This document shows, piece after piece, positions 20,411 through 29,270 of a DNA stretch of 64,000 nt (the stretch's first letter is position 1; each line of letters begins with the position of its first letter). The stretch is from IMG/VR virus record IMGVR_UViG_3300003375_000001, positions 174,518-238,517 of that record; one strand, 5' to 3'. The DNA comes from a virus. Lineage: Duplodnaviria > Caudoviricetes. The notes below the pieces were generated by a model that saw only the letters and a program-made list of their open reading frames with translations, made no database searches and was not told where the DNA came from. The translations under genes were made by a program, and so were the position numbers.

Positions 20411-21622
20411 TCATTCGCGGTTCGTATTCAGAATCTTGGCGGCCTTCTTAAGGTCGTCATCCGACAGTTTGAAACGGGCTTTGAGAAATTCAAGGTCTTC
20501 AGGCTGCACGAATGTTTCCTTGTCACGGCGTTGAATAAAGAACTTTATGACCCAGCCCGTTTCGCTTTTGTAAGGCGTCAGGCTGAGTTTATTGTTCTTG
20601 GAAATCTTTGTGATGCCAACCATGTCCAAGTAAAGTTGACGCGTGATGTCATCAACTTCTTTTCTGTCTTTAACACTAGGCTTCAAAAAGAATTGCACCA
20701 GGCCCTCAGGTGTAATCTCGATGGTCTTGATTCTAGTCTGATACTCGAACAGGCTCTTTGGAATAGCGCCAGGCTTTAGCAAGAGGTCGAGTGGCAAAGC
20801 ACCTACAGAGTTAGCAAAGCCGTCTAGATCAAGCAGAGTATTGATACCACGAATGGCCGACTTTATATCTGCAACCTTCTTGCGTAGCAGATCGCCAGAA
20901 GGTGGTTCAAATGTAGTCATAGTGGCCAGATAGAACTGCGGGCCTTTCTCTACTGAGTGTGTGTAGGACACCGCGATGAAAAGCTTGCTAATTTCTTCAC
21001 CGGTTTCAGACACCAGACCATTGAGTTCAATGTAATTGGTAAACGCAAGTTCACCTTCTACCTCAAACATGTATACCCAGCTATTGCTAGCCTCGTATTG
21101 CACACTGCGTTCTAGAACTTGACAGATAGCAGCCACGAAACGATTAAACTCCTGCGGCGCGTTGCCGTTGGCTAAGTCACGGAGGAACGTGAAAGCTTCG
21201 TTAAGCTTGTCCATAACGGATTTACGCATGCGTTCAATTTCAGCCGACGCGTGTCTAGCTTCCTTGCTATCGCGAGGAAAGGACGCAAGCATTTTGCTTT
21301 GCATCGTGTCTAGCGTTTGCAAGGTGTCGTACAATTGGCGTGTGACCGCGTAGTTTTCTTGGAGGCTCTTAAGCTCACTAGGCTTAAGCTTTATGGTATT
21401 GGTAGGCTTGATCTTCGGGCTGTCTTTGATGTTCTCTTGGTCAATAGTGAACAAGGTAGCTTGTTGCAGTACCTTCTTGGACTGGCGCAGCAAAGCATAC
21501 GCGTCGTCCACGTCTTCACCGAGCTGTTTGAGATCCTTCATAACTTCTTCCACATACCGATAGTTGGAAGAAGCAACACTGTGTTGAGTGATTGTCTTTG
21601 ATTTTGCGTTTGGAGTTGCCAT
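20411..21622 (-). CDS. Hypothetical protein, probable virion component
   Basis: 403 aa in the structural cluster. Confidence 0.75.
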   Translation of the reverse strand: MATPNAKSKTITQHSVASSNYRYVEEVMKDLKQLGEDVDDAYALLRQSKKVLQQATLFTIDQENIKDSPKIKPTNTIKLKPSELKSLQENYAVTRQLYDTLQTLDTMQSKMLASFPRDSKEARHASAEIERMRKSVMDKLNEAFTFLRDLANGNAPQEFNRFVAAICQVLERSVQYEASNSWVYMFEVEGELAFTNYIELNGLVSETGEEISKLFIAVSYTHSVEKGPQFYLATMTTFEPPSGDLLRKKVADIKSAIRGINTLLDLDGFANSVGALPLDLLLKPGAIPKSLFEYQTRIKTIEITPEGLVQFFLKPSVKDRKEVDDITRQLYLDMVGITKISKNNKLSLTPYKSETGWVIKFFIQRRDKETFVQPEDLEFLKARFKLSDDDLKKAAKILNTNRE

Positions 21623-21623
21623 A

Positions 21624-22946
21624 TTATACTCTGCTATATCCTGTTAGATTGTCGCGGGCCAGCGCGGGCGTGCGAGGCGTGTGAACCTGAGACCTACGAG
21701 GTAGTATGTTGTAAAGCTCGGAAGGCTGTACAGGCCTTACGTCGCACTCCCACCCAAGTATGTTCCATCGTTTGTCGTTAGACATGTTTGTGCTCTTGAC
21801 GTGAAGGATTTTCCCGTATGTAGAGTCAGCTATGATGTCATTGGCTCTTACAAGAGGGACTATAGGTGATACCACTAGTTGAAAGTCCTGCAGAGCTTCA
21901 AGGGCTGTTTGAATAGAACTCTTTTGCAGCTTAGGGAAGTCCAAGTAGGCAATCTGTTGACTCTGATTGACCTGAATCTCTACGTGAGTCCATTCCGTTG
22001 TAGCCGCAAACATAATTTGAATGGTATGAACAAACCCATCGCAGTAAGGGATTAAGTCAGAAGCCTGCGATAGTAAGTTACCATCAACAAAGAAAGAGCA
22101 AGGTATCTGAGTGCGACCATTCCAGCATGTTAACGCGTCAACACCAAATGCGAAATTGGGCAACACTACTTGGAAAGAAGCTTGAGTTCCTGTTACTGAA
22201 GGCGTGAACAACTCGAAGTTGACCTGACCGTCATCTCCTAATATGGCGTTAGGCCATTGGAAATTAAGTACTTGCCGCCAGCCGTTATAAACAGAGAAGC
22301 CACCTACAAAGTTTGTACCAAAGCACACAGGGCAAGCTCTGTCAGTAGTTCCTATCCCGAATGAATCGTCAAAGCCTTCAGGAAGAACTTCTACTAGGGT
22401 ATCTACAGGCCCGTTAGGTCCAACGCCGTCGGGAACTAACGTGGTCACGCCTGGAGTGTTTGGATCATTAGACCAGAGATCGCTAGGAGAACCTATTATG
22501 TGTTCAGGTGTGTTAGCGTCTACTTCCCAGACAGACGGCAGATCGGGCCTTAAGGTTTGATTGACCTGCTCTTGGTCAATACTAAACAAGCTGCTATCGC
22601 CTTTCGGGCTGTCTAACAGTGCACCTACTTGTGTGGCAGGCCGTGTCCCGTATTGACTAACTCCAAACTCTAGGCCGTTAGCTAGCATTTCATTGACGAA
22701 GGCTACGTCTCCGTTGCCGTCCTCTCCTAGTCGTGTCTTGAGGGCAGATGACTTAGATCGACACGCGCACCTTACTCCGCAAGTCAGCCTGTGATAAACA
22801 ATGGCTTCATAGCCTTGAGGTATAAAGGCTTGATGGTACTTAAGACGTTGCACCGGAGCCAGTATGTCTATGGCCTGCCGGGCTACGTCAGCTACTCTAA
22901 CGTTAGACGGGAGTAGATGGTTGTTGGTAGATAACTTGATTGGCAC
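21624..22946 (-). CDS. Probable head-closure/neck protein with Cys motifs
   Basis: CGVRCAC...ACPVCFGTNFVGGF pattern typical of large-myophage head-completion proteins (from recall). Confidence 0.55.
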   Translation of the reverse strand: MPIKLSTNNHLLPSNVRVADVARQAIDILAPVQRLKYHQAFIPQGYEAIVYHRLTCGVRCACRSKSSALKTRLGEDGNGDVAFVNEMLANGLEFGVSQYGTRPATQVGALLDSPKGDSSLFSIDQEQVNQTLRPDLPSVWEVDANTPEHIIGSPSDLWSNDPNTPGVTTLVPDGVGPNGPVDTLVEVLPEGFDDSFGIGTTDRACPVCFGTNFVGGFSVYNGWRQVLNFQWPNAILGDDGQVNFELFTPSVTGTQASFQVVLPNFAFGVDALTCWNGRTQIPCSFFVDGNLLSQASDLIPYCDGFVHTIQIMFAATTEWTHVEIQVNQSQQIAYLDFPKLQKSSIQTALEALQDFQLVVSPIVPLVRANDIIADSTYGKILHVKSTNMSNDKRWNILGWECDVRPVQPSELYNILPRRSQVHTPRTPALARDNLTGYSRV

Positions 22947-22993
22947 GTTTAGCCTTTCAAGTAAGTCTGTAAGAGGCCATTTTTATTCCGATG

Positions 22994-23001
22994 ACTGTTA
23001 A
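22994..23001 (+). promoter_or_regulatory. ACTGTTAA motif, candidate phage promoter for the + strand ruvC operon
   Basis: Only + strand copy found; 47 nt upstream of the + strand start at 23049. Confidence 0.6.
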
Positions 23002-23048
23002 GTCAGTAGTAATAAGATTAAAATGAGCAGAACCAAGTATACCAAATC

Positions 23049-23684
23049 ATGCCAACGGTGAGAATTTTAGGTCTAGACCCAGGAACAAATTCCTTTGCTT
23101 ATTCCGTTTTGGAGCTAACGACCAAAACAGAAAAGGCCTCAGTAAAAATTCTCCAAAGAGGATTCATAAAGTCAACGGTATTTGACTTGCGAAGTCCAAA
23201 GTATCTACGTGTCCAGATAGCAGCTTTCAAGAGTTGCGTTAATAGCCTTATAGAAACCAACGAGGTGAAGTTTGTAGTAGCTGAGAGGTATCAGTCGAGA
23301 GGTATGGGTGGAGCGACCATTGAGCACGTAAACATCATGCTGGGATGTTTACTTTCTAGGTTCGATGTGAAGACTCGTATCTTTCCAGCTTCACAGTGGA
23401 AGAACGACTTGAACCGCAAGGGGTTCGTCCTCAATGACGTGTATGAAGCCTATAAAAAGATCATAACGCCGCATGAGATAGACGCAGGGCACATAGGCTG
23501 GTATGGTGCCAACGCGCTATCGAAAGGTCTACTATCTCACGTAGGCATCTTAGAGTCCATCATAGCTACAGAGCAGCAAGATGTTGTAGCAGACATTCCA
23601 GGATACGGTGAAATAGACACGGTAGAAATTAAAAAAGGTCTGTCCAAAGAGAAACGCAACAAACGGAAGAAAAGAAAGAAATGA
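23049..23684 (+). CDS. ruvC: RuvC-like Holliday junction resolvase
   Basis: ILGLDPGT (first Asp), VVAERY (Glu), HEIDA (C-terminal acidic residues). Confidence 0.85.
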   Translation: MPTVRILGLDPGTNSFAYSVLELTTKTEKASVKILQRGFIKSTVFDLRSPKYLRVQIAAFKSCVNSLIETNEVKFVVAERYQSRGMGGATIEHVNIMLGCLLSRFDVKTRIFPASQWKNDLNRKGFVLNDVYEAYKKIITPHEIDAGHIGWYGANALSKGLLSHVGILESIIATEQQDVVADIPGYGEIDTVEIKKGLSKEKRNKRKKRKK

Positions 23685-24049
23685 AGTGCCCCGTCAATGA
23701 CTCAGAAAAAGGCAGTACATGCAGGTCAACCGAGTGTATGTATAACTCGAATGGCGCATGTAAGTTTGTTATGGTACAAGGCATGTACGAAAACAAAGAC
23801 GACAAGATGGTATCTGACTATTTTGGTGTCAGTGTTACTGAAGTTAAGTCGAGAACACGTCTTATAAAGGCGGGCCTGGCAACCGCTCAGTTCTTTGAGT
23901 TCATAACGTCCAAGAACATAATGGACGCAAAGGAAATAGACTTCAGACTTGTCCGAGAGAGTGAAGACGAATTTGATGCATGGAACAAGACCCCCATCAC
24001 TTGGGACGAAGTTCTATTCGCTCTATCTATCATTCACGATAGCCTGTAA
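23681..24049 (+). CDS. Hypothetical protein with N-terminal Cys cluster
   Basis: ATGA overlap with ruvC; CP...C...C...C. Confidence 0.75.
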   Translation: MKCPVNDSEKGSTCRSTECMYNSNGACKFVMVQGMYENKDDKMVSDYFGVSVTEVKSRTRLIKAGLATAQFFEFITSKNIMDAKEIDFRLVRESEDEFDAWNKTPITWDEVLFALSIIHDSL

Positions 24050-24060
24050 AATAGACCAAA

Positions 24061-24100
24061 GGAAAGCCCGCTAACTTTTCATCAAGTTAGCGGGCTTTCC
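24061..24100. terminator. Bidirectional terminator between convergent genes
   Basis: Perfect 17-bp inverted repeat GGAAAGCCCGCTAACTT with a 6-nt loop. Confidence 0.85.
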
Positions 24101-24116
24101 TACGGACATTATAATA

Positions 24117-24878
24117 TCAAGACATGCGTGACTTGAGGAATGTTTTGATACGGTCGTGCTTAGTTGTCTGCACGTAGTAGTCGGCTTCCTCAGCACTAAG
24201 CTTGCCACGAACTTTCAGATCGTTAATGGCAGACGCTTCGGTGAGTTCGTTGTTCTTGGTAACCCAAGATTTGAAAGGTGGGGATACTTTGGGGAACAGA
24301 TCGAGGTTAGGCGCGTCGATATCGGTAACAGAAATAGCTCTACGGCTACGCCCGTTGACCTTATCAAGTAGAGCCTGATGCTCGTTGTCCTCGTCGTCGT
24401 CACCCGTAGAGATAGTGACGTTCTTACCGATTTGATTGGCCTGAGTAGCTGCGCGCACGGCTTCAGACTGGGCTTTCAAACGATGCTTTTCTGTCTTTGC
24501 AGATTCTCGGCCCAGAAGCTCTTCCGCGTACTCGTTAGTGACAGGCATGATCGTGTCACTATTGATGGCGTCCAAGAAGTGAGACGAATTAAGGATGGCC
24601 TTTTGTGGAGCCATCTTAGTGAGGTCGATTGGAAGCCACGAGTTAGGGATTTCGATAACGTCTGTCTTACCGTCAGCCTGACGGATAGAGATAAACACAT
24701 CGCCCTTATGGCTAGAAACGTTGTCGCTGGTGTTGATAACCCAGATAGGGGAGGAAGGCTTCAGGGAACGAAGCTGAGAAATGGTCAAAGCGTTTGACGT
24801 GCTAGGCGCAGGAATATTGTCGTCTTCGCCTGCAAAGTCATCGGCGTCTTCAAAATCTTCATCAGGTGCGTGTTGCAT
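24117..24878 (-). CDS. Hypothetical protein
   Basis: 253 aa; ACTGTTAA motif at 24925-24932 upstream. Confidence 0.75.
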   Translation of the reverse strand: MQHAPDEDFEDADDFAGEDDNIPAPSTSNALTISQLRSLKPSSPIWVINTSDNVSSHKGDVFISIRQADGKTDVIEIPNSWLPIDLTKMAPQKAILNSSHFLDAINSDTIMPVTNEYAEELLGRESAKTEKHRLKAQSEAVRAATQANQIGKNVTISTGDDDEDNEHQALLDKVNGRSRRAISVTDIDAPNLDLFPKVSPPFKSWVTKNNELTEASAINDLKVRGKLSAEEADYYVQTTKHDRIKTFLKSRMS

Positions 24879-24954
24879 AGGGAGTCCAAACCAAAAAGTT
24901 AGGCTGTTGTTGTAACACAGCGAATTAACAGTTTAGACTCCCGCAATTGGACTA

Positions 24955-25980
24955 TCAGAGTTGACGGCGCAAGGACTGTAAAAAGCGGTCAGCCGCGTCA
25001 CTCGGGATACCCAAGAAAGACTCTACTTTGGACCTGTATCGAGTAAAGTCCATGCGTTCTAACGCGTCTGAGTTGCGAGACCCCAAAACACGGCTAAAGT
25101 CATCGTCCTGTTCGCCTATCAACAACTGAAGGTACCTTCTTTGCAAAGGCTTTAGGCCACCTCTCCGGGACATTAGCTGTTTGAGACTAGTTACCAGCTC
25201 AAAGTTCTTGTTAGTTCCAGATATCCCTACCGACAAGTAGGAATGGGTCGTGAACCCCTGGCCTTCAACGTGGGCAGGCATGTCCGCAATTACGTCAAAG
25301 GACGTCTTTAGCGAAGTAACGTTGCCCTGATCGTCGGTTGTTAGGGACTGCCTCTTAGCTGATGTGTGCTCATCTATCACGTTCATCGTACGATTACGGA
25401 TAGCCACTTTAGCCGACTTCTTTAAGTGATCAAAGTTTTCCCAACAAGGAAAATCTTTCATTATCGCAAGAAGGCCCGCGTGGATGAGGTCGCTGTAAAG
25501 GTTGTCTAAACACATACCGTAGTTAGTAAGAAACCTTAGCTTCTTAAACACTAGAGACCTAGCGTATTTAACTACGTCTGGTGCATTGATAGCCTCTGCA
25601 ACCCATTGGTCATACTGGCTTAGCGTAAAGACTGTGCGTTTCAACCGTTTCAGTTCTTGAAGCTTCTTGCGCAGAGGCGGATGCATTATAGCCAAGGCTA
25701 GTGCATTCTGGTCTTTGCGCGTCAGGCTATGACCAGTGAGAGTCACGTCATTGAACTTGGCGTGCACCCAAGCTTTACCATCACGAAGCAGCCTGCCGTT
25801 TTTCTGTACCTCTATACGAAAGTAGTGAACGTCAAAGTCTATGCCAGCAGCCGCAAGGTTAGCTGAAAGTTCTTGGTGTATCTGACCTTTGAACAGAAAC
25901 AGTAGGACATTCCCGTATAGACATATCTTCTTTTCGTTAGTCAGGCCTACAGCCGACTCAATTACATAGGACATACCCAT
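24955..25980 (-). CDS. Divergent phage RNA polymerase sigma-factor-like protein
   Basis: Region-2-like DLIHAGLLAIMKDFP...SAKVAIRNRTMNVID; region-4-like LKPLQRRYLQLL...FLGIPSDAADRFLQSLR. Confidence 0.6.
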   Translation of the reverse strand: MGMSYVIESAVGLTNEKKICLYGNVLLFLFKGQIHQELSANLAAAGIDFDVHYFRIEVQKNGRLLRDGKAWVHAKFNDVTLTGHSLTRKDQNALALAIMHPPLRKKLQELKRLKRTVFTLSQYDQWVAEAINAPDVVKYARSLVFKKLRFLTNYGMCLDNLYSDLIHAGLLAIMKDFPCWENFDHLKKSAKVAIRNRTMNVIDEHTSAKRQSLTTDDQGNVTSLKTSFDVIADMPAHVEGQGFTTHSYLSVGISGTNKNFELVTSLKQLMSRRGGLKPLQRRYLQLLIGEQDDDFSRVLGSRNSDALERMDFTRYRSKVESFLGIPSDAADRFLQSLRRQL

Positions 25981-25995
25981 GATAGAGCCTCACAA

Positions 25996-26709
25996 TCAAC
26001 GATGTTGAGTTATGGAGAACAAAGGATCTGTCTTGCTTCGTTTGGCAGCCTTGTTTGCTCTGGCTTCTAAAACACTGGGGTCTGTATCGAAGGTTGGAGG
26101 TTCGTAATCAATCTTGGCCATAGCCTTAGCCTGCTTCGCGTTGTCTCCGCGAATCTTACCTTCTGCTATAAGCTTAGCCTTCTTCTTGTCGAACTCTTCC
26201 CTAGAGGTAATCAGAGAAGACTTAGGAAGCAAAGCTACCAAAGAACTGTTGTTGCACTTGAGGTAGTCCCGGCCTATCAACATGATAGATTTCTCTGGGC
26301 CTGTGGCCATGACAAACGCAGAGAAGTAGTTTTCCAAAGAGTCGTTCCCCGTGCAAAAGTATACCTTTTGCATGAAGTGAAGACCTACCTTCTCCAAAGA
26401 GGCCGCACACTTCAACAGGCCCATAAACACTCTACTCTGCTGAGGCGAGAATACAGATACCAGAGAAGCCATTTGACCTACTACCGTTGGCCCTAGAGAA
26501 CGGAAGGCCGTAACGTTTGGAGTGTAGCAACTAGGTGCACTAGCCCCTGGCCTTACGCCTTGTGTATGACAAAGAGCCCCAATGGAAGGGTGTGAAGTTC
26601 CTTTGTAGTGAAAGCAGTCCCCACAACGTAGGTTAACGTTGTCTTTGGTCAGCTTAGCCGAGTCGCTTGTGTCCGGTTTCAGTTTAACTATTTGTCTCGG
26701 GGCGGGCAT
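25996..26709 (-). CDS. Hypothetical protein with CxxC...C...C motif
   Basis: CGDCFHY...C...SC. Confidence 0.75.
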   Translation of the reverse strand: MPAPRQIVKLKPDTSDSAKLTKDNVNLRCGDCFHYKGTSHPSIGALCHTQGVRPGASAPSCYTPNVTAFRSLGPTVVGQMASLVSVFSPQQSRVFMGLLKCAASLEKVGLHFMQKVYFCTGNDSLENYFSAFVMATGPEKSIMLIGRDYLKCNNSSLVALLPKSSLITSREEFDKKKAKLIAEGKIRGDNAKQAKAMAKIDYEPPTFDTDPSVLEARANKAAKRSKTDPLFSITQHR

Positions 26710-26727
26710 ACTTAGCTCCTAGTTATG

Positions 26728-27252
26728 TCATGTAGGGAAGTGTTTCGAGTACTCCTGATCTATTAAGGCAGATATGTATTCGCCCGTCGTCAGATCAGTA
26801 AACGACTTAAGTGCTTCTAATTTTCGTCTTTGTTTTCCTGTTAGTTCAAGGTGTACAGGGGCCTTCTTATTCGGATCGTCTTTAGTGGCGAGCCAAGCAG
26901 TGTATACCACGCGTGACAAGTATAGCAGACGTTCGTACTCTTGTCTACCTATGCGGTTCAGAGAAGAGACTACTCCAGGTGTTATTGCAAAAGGTGAGCC
27001 TTGAGCTATCATGCCTTCTGCAATTTTGTGCAAAAGCGTGTGATGTCCTGTGCAGAGACTTACGGTTGGCCCTTTGGCACCGCCGTAAGCTTGAGGAACA
27101 GGGTGGTGTTCCTCTCGTATGATACCGGGGTCATCACCACCCGAGTCTATGAATAACTTACGGCATACCCAGCAACAAGGCAATACCAGTGTCTGGCGTA
27201 TTGGTGCTTCTGGTATGCCAGTAGTAAAGTCATGAGTTAGGGTACGCGCCAT
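26728..27252 (-). CDS. HNH-like nuclease with C-terminal ribbon-helix-helix-like segment
   Basis: CWVC...EHHPVPQAYGG...VSLCTGHHTLLH; C-terminal VHLELT...LEALK...GEYISALI. Confidence 0.65.
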   Translation of the reverse strand: MARTLTHDFTTGIPEAPIRQTLVLPCCWVCRKLFIDSGGDDPGIIREEHHPVPQAYGGAKGPTVSLCTGHHTLLHKIAEGMIAQGSPFAITPGVVSSLNRIGRQEYERLLYLSRVVYTAWLATKDDPNKKAPVHLELTGKQRRKLEALKSFTDLTTGEYISALIDQEYSKHFPT

Positions 27253-27739
27253 AACTATTTTTGTGATCTGGCTGATCGCATGTTAGCACACTGGTATTAA
27301 ACATAGAACACACAGGGTCATCCAGCGTTACTGACCGTAGTGTTGCGCGCAAAGGCTTCAAGTCCATGTTGAGTGTATTGACAAGGCTCAGACAAAAATT
27401 CTTTGCTGAAGCACCTCTCAGGGGATCGTTGACCCATTTGAAGTAAGGCTTCATGTTAGGCAAGGGGCCTACAAGAAACTCTGCAAGGTCTGTTCTATGC
27501 GTCACGAGGTCTAGAAAGATATCCAGTTCCGACTGTTTCAAGCGCGGGTTGAACAGGAGCTTGGCGCTGTTAAACTGGAGGTCGATTGTAGAGGTAGCCT
27601 CGTGGTCTATGTCTTCCATAATAGGAGCAGACACAAATATTGTGGGGTTGCGCTCAAGCTCTATAGGAGCGCCTCCCGATATCGTGTGCAAGTAACCGAG
27701 AGACTTAGGGTCAAATTCTGCGATTAGAACTCTCATCAT
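27230..27739 (-). CDS. Hypothetical protein
   Basis: Start at 27739 (MMRVLIAE) by ATGA overlap with the upstream stop. Confidence 0.7.
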   Translation of the reverse strand: MMRVLIAEFDPKSLGYLHTISGGAPIELERNPTIFVSAPIMEDIDHEATSTIDLQFNSAKLLFNPRLKQSELDIFLDLVTHRTDLAEFLVGPLPNMKPYFKWVNDPLRGASAKNFCLSLVNTLNMDLKPLRATLRSVTLDDPVCSMFNTSVLTCDQPDHKNSYGAYPNS

Positions 27740-28611
27740 GCGTCTCCAAAAGCGAATGACCATCGCGTCAGTGCGAAAGCTCCGCCTGAACACTTACGAA
27801 GGATAGCCAGCTCGCCAGGCGTTATTAGCCAGTAGCACCGAGCGCCTCGCCACGCCGATGTCACTTCTATAACCTCGTAACGCGGAAACTTAGACAATGC
27901 CGATTCTACAATCTCGGCATAAAGGCCTTCAGCCTCGTCCCTATGACGAGAGGTCCATTCAGAAGGCTTCAACTCAGGGTTCTTCATCAAGGAGTGAATG
28001 TAGTCCCGAGGAATTACAAGCACCTTCTCTTTTGTAAGAACAGTGTAGCCGCCTAGCGAAGTACTAGGTACCCCATGCTTTGCCAGCATGTTGTAGCTGA
28101 TGGCATTTATAACGTCGATAGGCTGAGCAGGGCCGCCCGTACGCTTGACTTGTGTCCATTTACCCTGCTTAAGCTGAGGAATGATAGGCGCTGATCCTAG
28201 CCAAATTTTGTTGTGTTCGATAGCTGTCAGCACTTCGGAGCGGACGAGGCCATAAGAACCCATTTGCCTAGGGATATCTGCGGCAGCATCTGCTTTTGTA
28301 GTTGAGTCCAATGAACTGCTTATGTAGTCAGCCACGCGAGCCTTGAAAGACAAAACCACGGGGTTCAGCACTGCGGCTGCACCAGCTTTGGACAGCATGC
28401 CACTACTAAGTTCGTCACGTACGGACGAAAAGGTGTTCATCAGTTTTAGAATGTCTGGGCGCAAAGCCGAATGCTTCTTGCCGATGTCGTTGAGAACAGA
28501 GTGAACGCTTTTGTGGAGAGACCCATTATCGGGGTCTATAAGAGAAGCCTTGACGCGAGCCGATACCTGACTGGCGTGCCCCTCAAGGGTTAGTGAATCG
28601 GTGTAGTCCAT
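27736..28611 (-). CDS. Hypothetical protein
   Basis: 291 aa; GAGG SD. Confidence 0.75.
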   Translation of the reverse strand: MDYTDSLTLEGHASQVSARVKASLIDPDNGSLHKSVHSVLNDIGKKHSALRPDILKLMNTFSSVRDELSSGMLSKAGAAAVLNPVVLSFKARVADYISSSLDSTTKADAAADIPRQMGSYGLVRSEVLTAIEHNKIWLGSAPIIPQLKQGKWTQVKRTGGPAQPIDVINAISYNMLAKHGVPSTSLGGYTVLTKEKVLVIPRDYIHSLMKNPELKPSEWTSRHRDEAEGLYAEIVESALSKFPRYEVIEVTSAWRGARCYWLITPGELAILRKCSGGAFALTRWSFAFGDA

Positions 28612-28710
28612 TTGGAATTAACCTCTCAAAGACTGTATAGAAAAGGTTTGTAGCAGTAGAAGCCACTAAGTAGAGAAGGCAGACCTGGTCATTCGAGAGA
28701 ATCCAGAAAC

Positions 28711-28758
28711 GCAAAAGAGCCTGGTCCCACGATCTGTTAGGGAGTCAGGCTCTTTTGC
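28711..28758 (-). terminator. Terminator after histone-like gene
   Basis: 13-bp inverted repeat GCAAAAGAGCCTG/CAGGCTCTTTTGC. Confidence 0.75.
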
Positions 28759-28780
28759 TGGATGTCAGATTCGGTAGATA

Positions 28781-29074
28781 TCAGATATCGCCGAAGTCGT
28801 CGTCTTTCACCTTGATGGACTTCTTGACAGGCTTGCCACCTTTGACGACCTTAGCAGCCTTCTTTGCGGGAGCCTTCTTAGCCGGTGCACCCTTAGCAGC
28901 CTTCTTAGCTGGTGCAGTCTTGACGACCTTAGCAGCCTTCTTTGCGGGAGCCTTCTTAGCCGGTGCACCAGAAGCTTCAGCTTCTTGCGCGGCTTGAAGG
29001 GCTTCCAGTGTCGTGTTCAAGGCGGCGGTTTGCTTCTGGGCCTTGTTAGCCAGTGCAATTGTTCGTTTGCTCAT
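28781..29074 (-). CDS. Histone H1-like Lys/Ala-rich protein (97 aa)
   Basis: PAKKAPAKKAAK repeats; start MSKRT at 29074 with an AAGGA SD. Confidence 0.85.
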   Translation of the reverse strand: MSKRTIALANKAQKQTAALNTTLEALQAAQEAEASGAPAKKAPAKKAAKVVKTAPAKKAAKGAPAKKAPAKKAAKVVKGGKPVKKSIKVKDDDFGDI

Positions 29075-29103
29075 GATGTTTCCTTTTCCGTGTAGGGAAG
29101 TAT

Positions 29104-29173
29104 GCGAGGGTCTCTGTTTGAAAATCCTCAAATTCAGCTAGCGAGACCCTCACGAGAAACGCTGATTTTGAGG
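29104..29173 (-). promoter_or_regulatory. H-type pseudoknot in the 5' UTR of the histone-like gene
   Basis: S1 29161-29173 pairs with 29126-29138 (12/13 bp); S2 29143-29153 pairs with 29104-29114 (11 bp); stems interleaved. Confidence 0.65.
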
Positions 29174-29191
29174 CTCATTTACTCACAATTC

Positions 29192-29220
29192 ATTATAACA
29201 CAATTTTGCGCTTGTGTCAA
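29192..29220 (-). promoter_or_regulatory. Consensus sigma70 promoter
   Basis: TTGACA-17 nt-TATAAT with TG extension. Confidence 0.9.
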
Positions 29221-29270
29221 ATGATGTAGTGAATCAAATTGTGGTTGTCGTTAAAAGTTAACAGTTCCTA

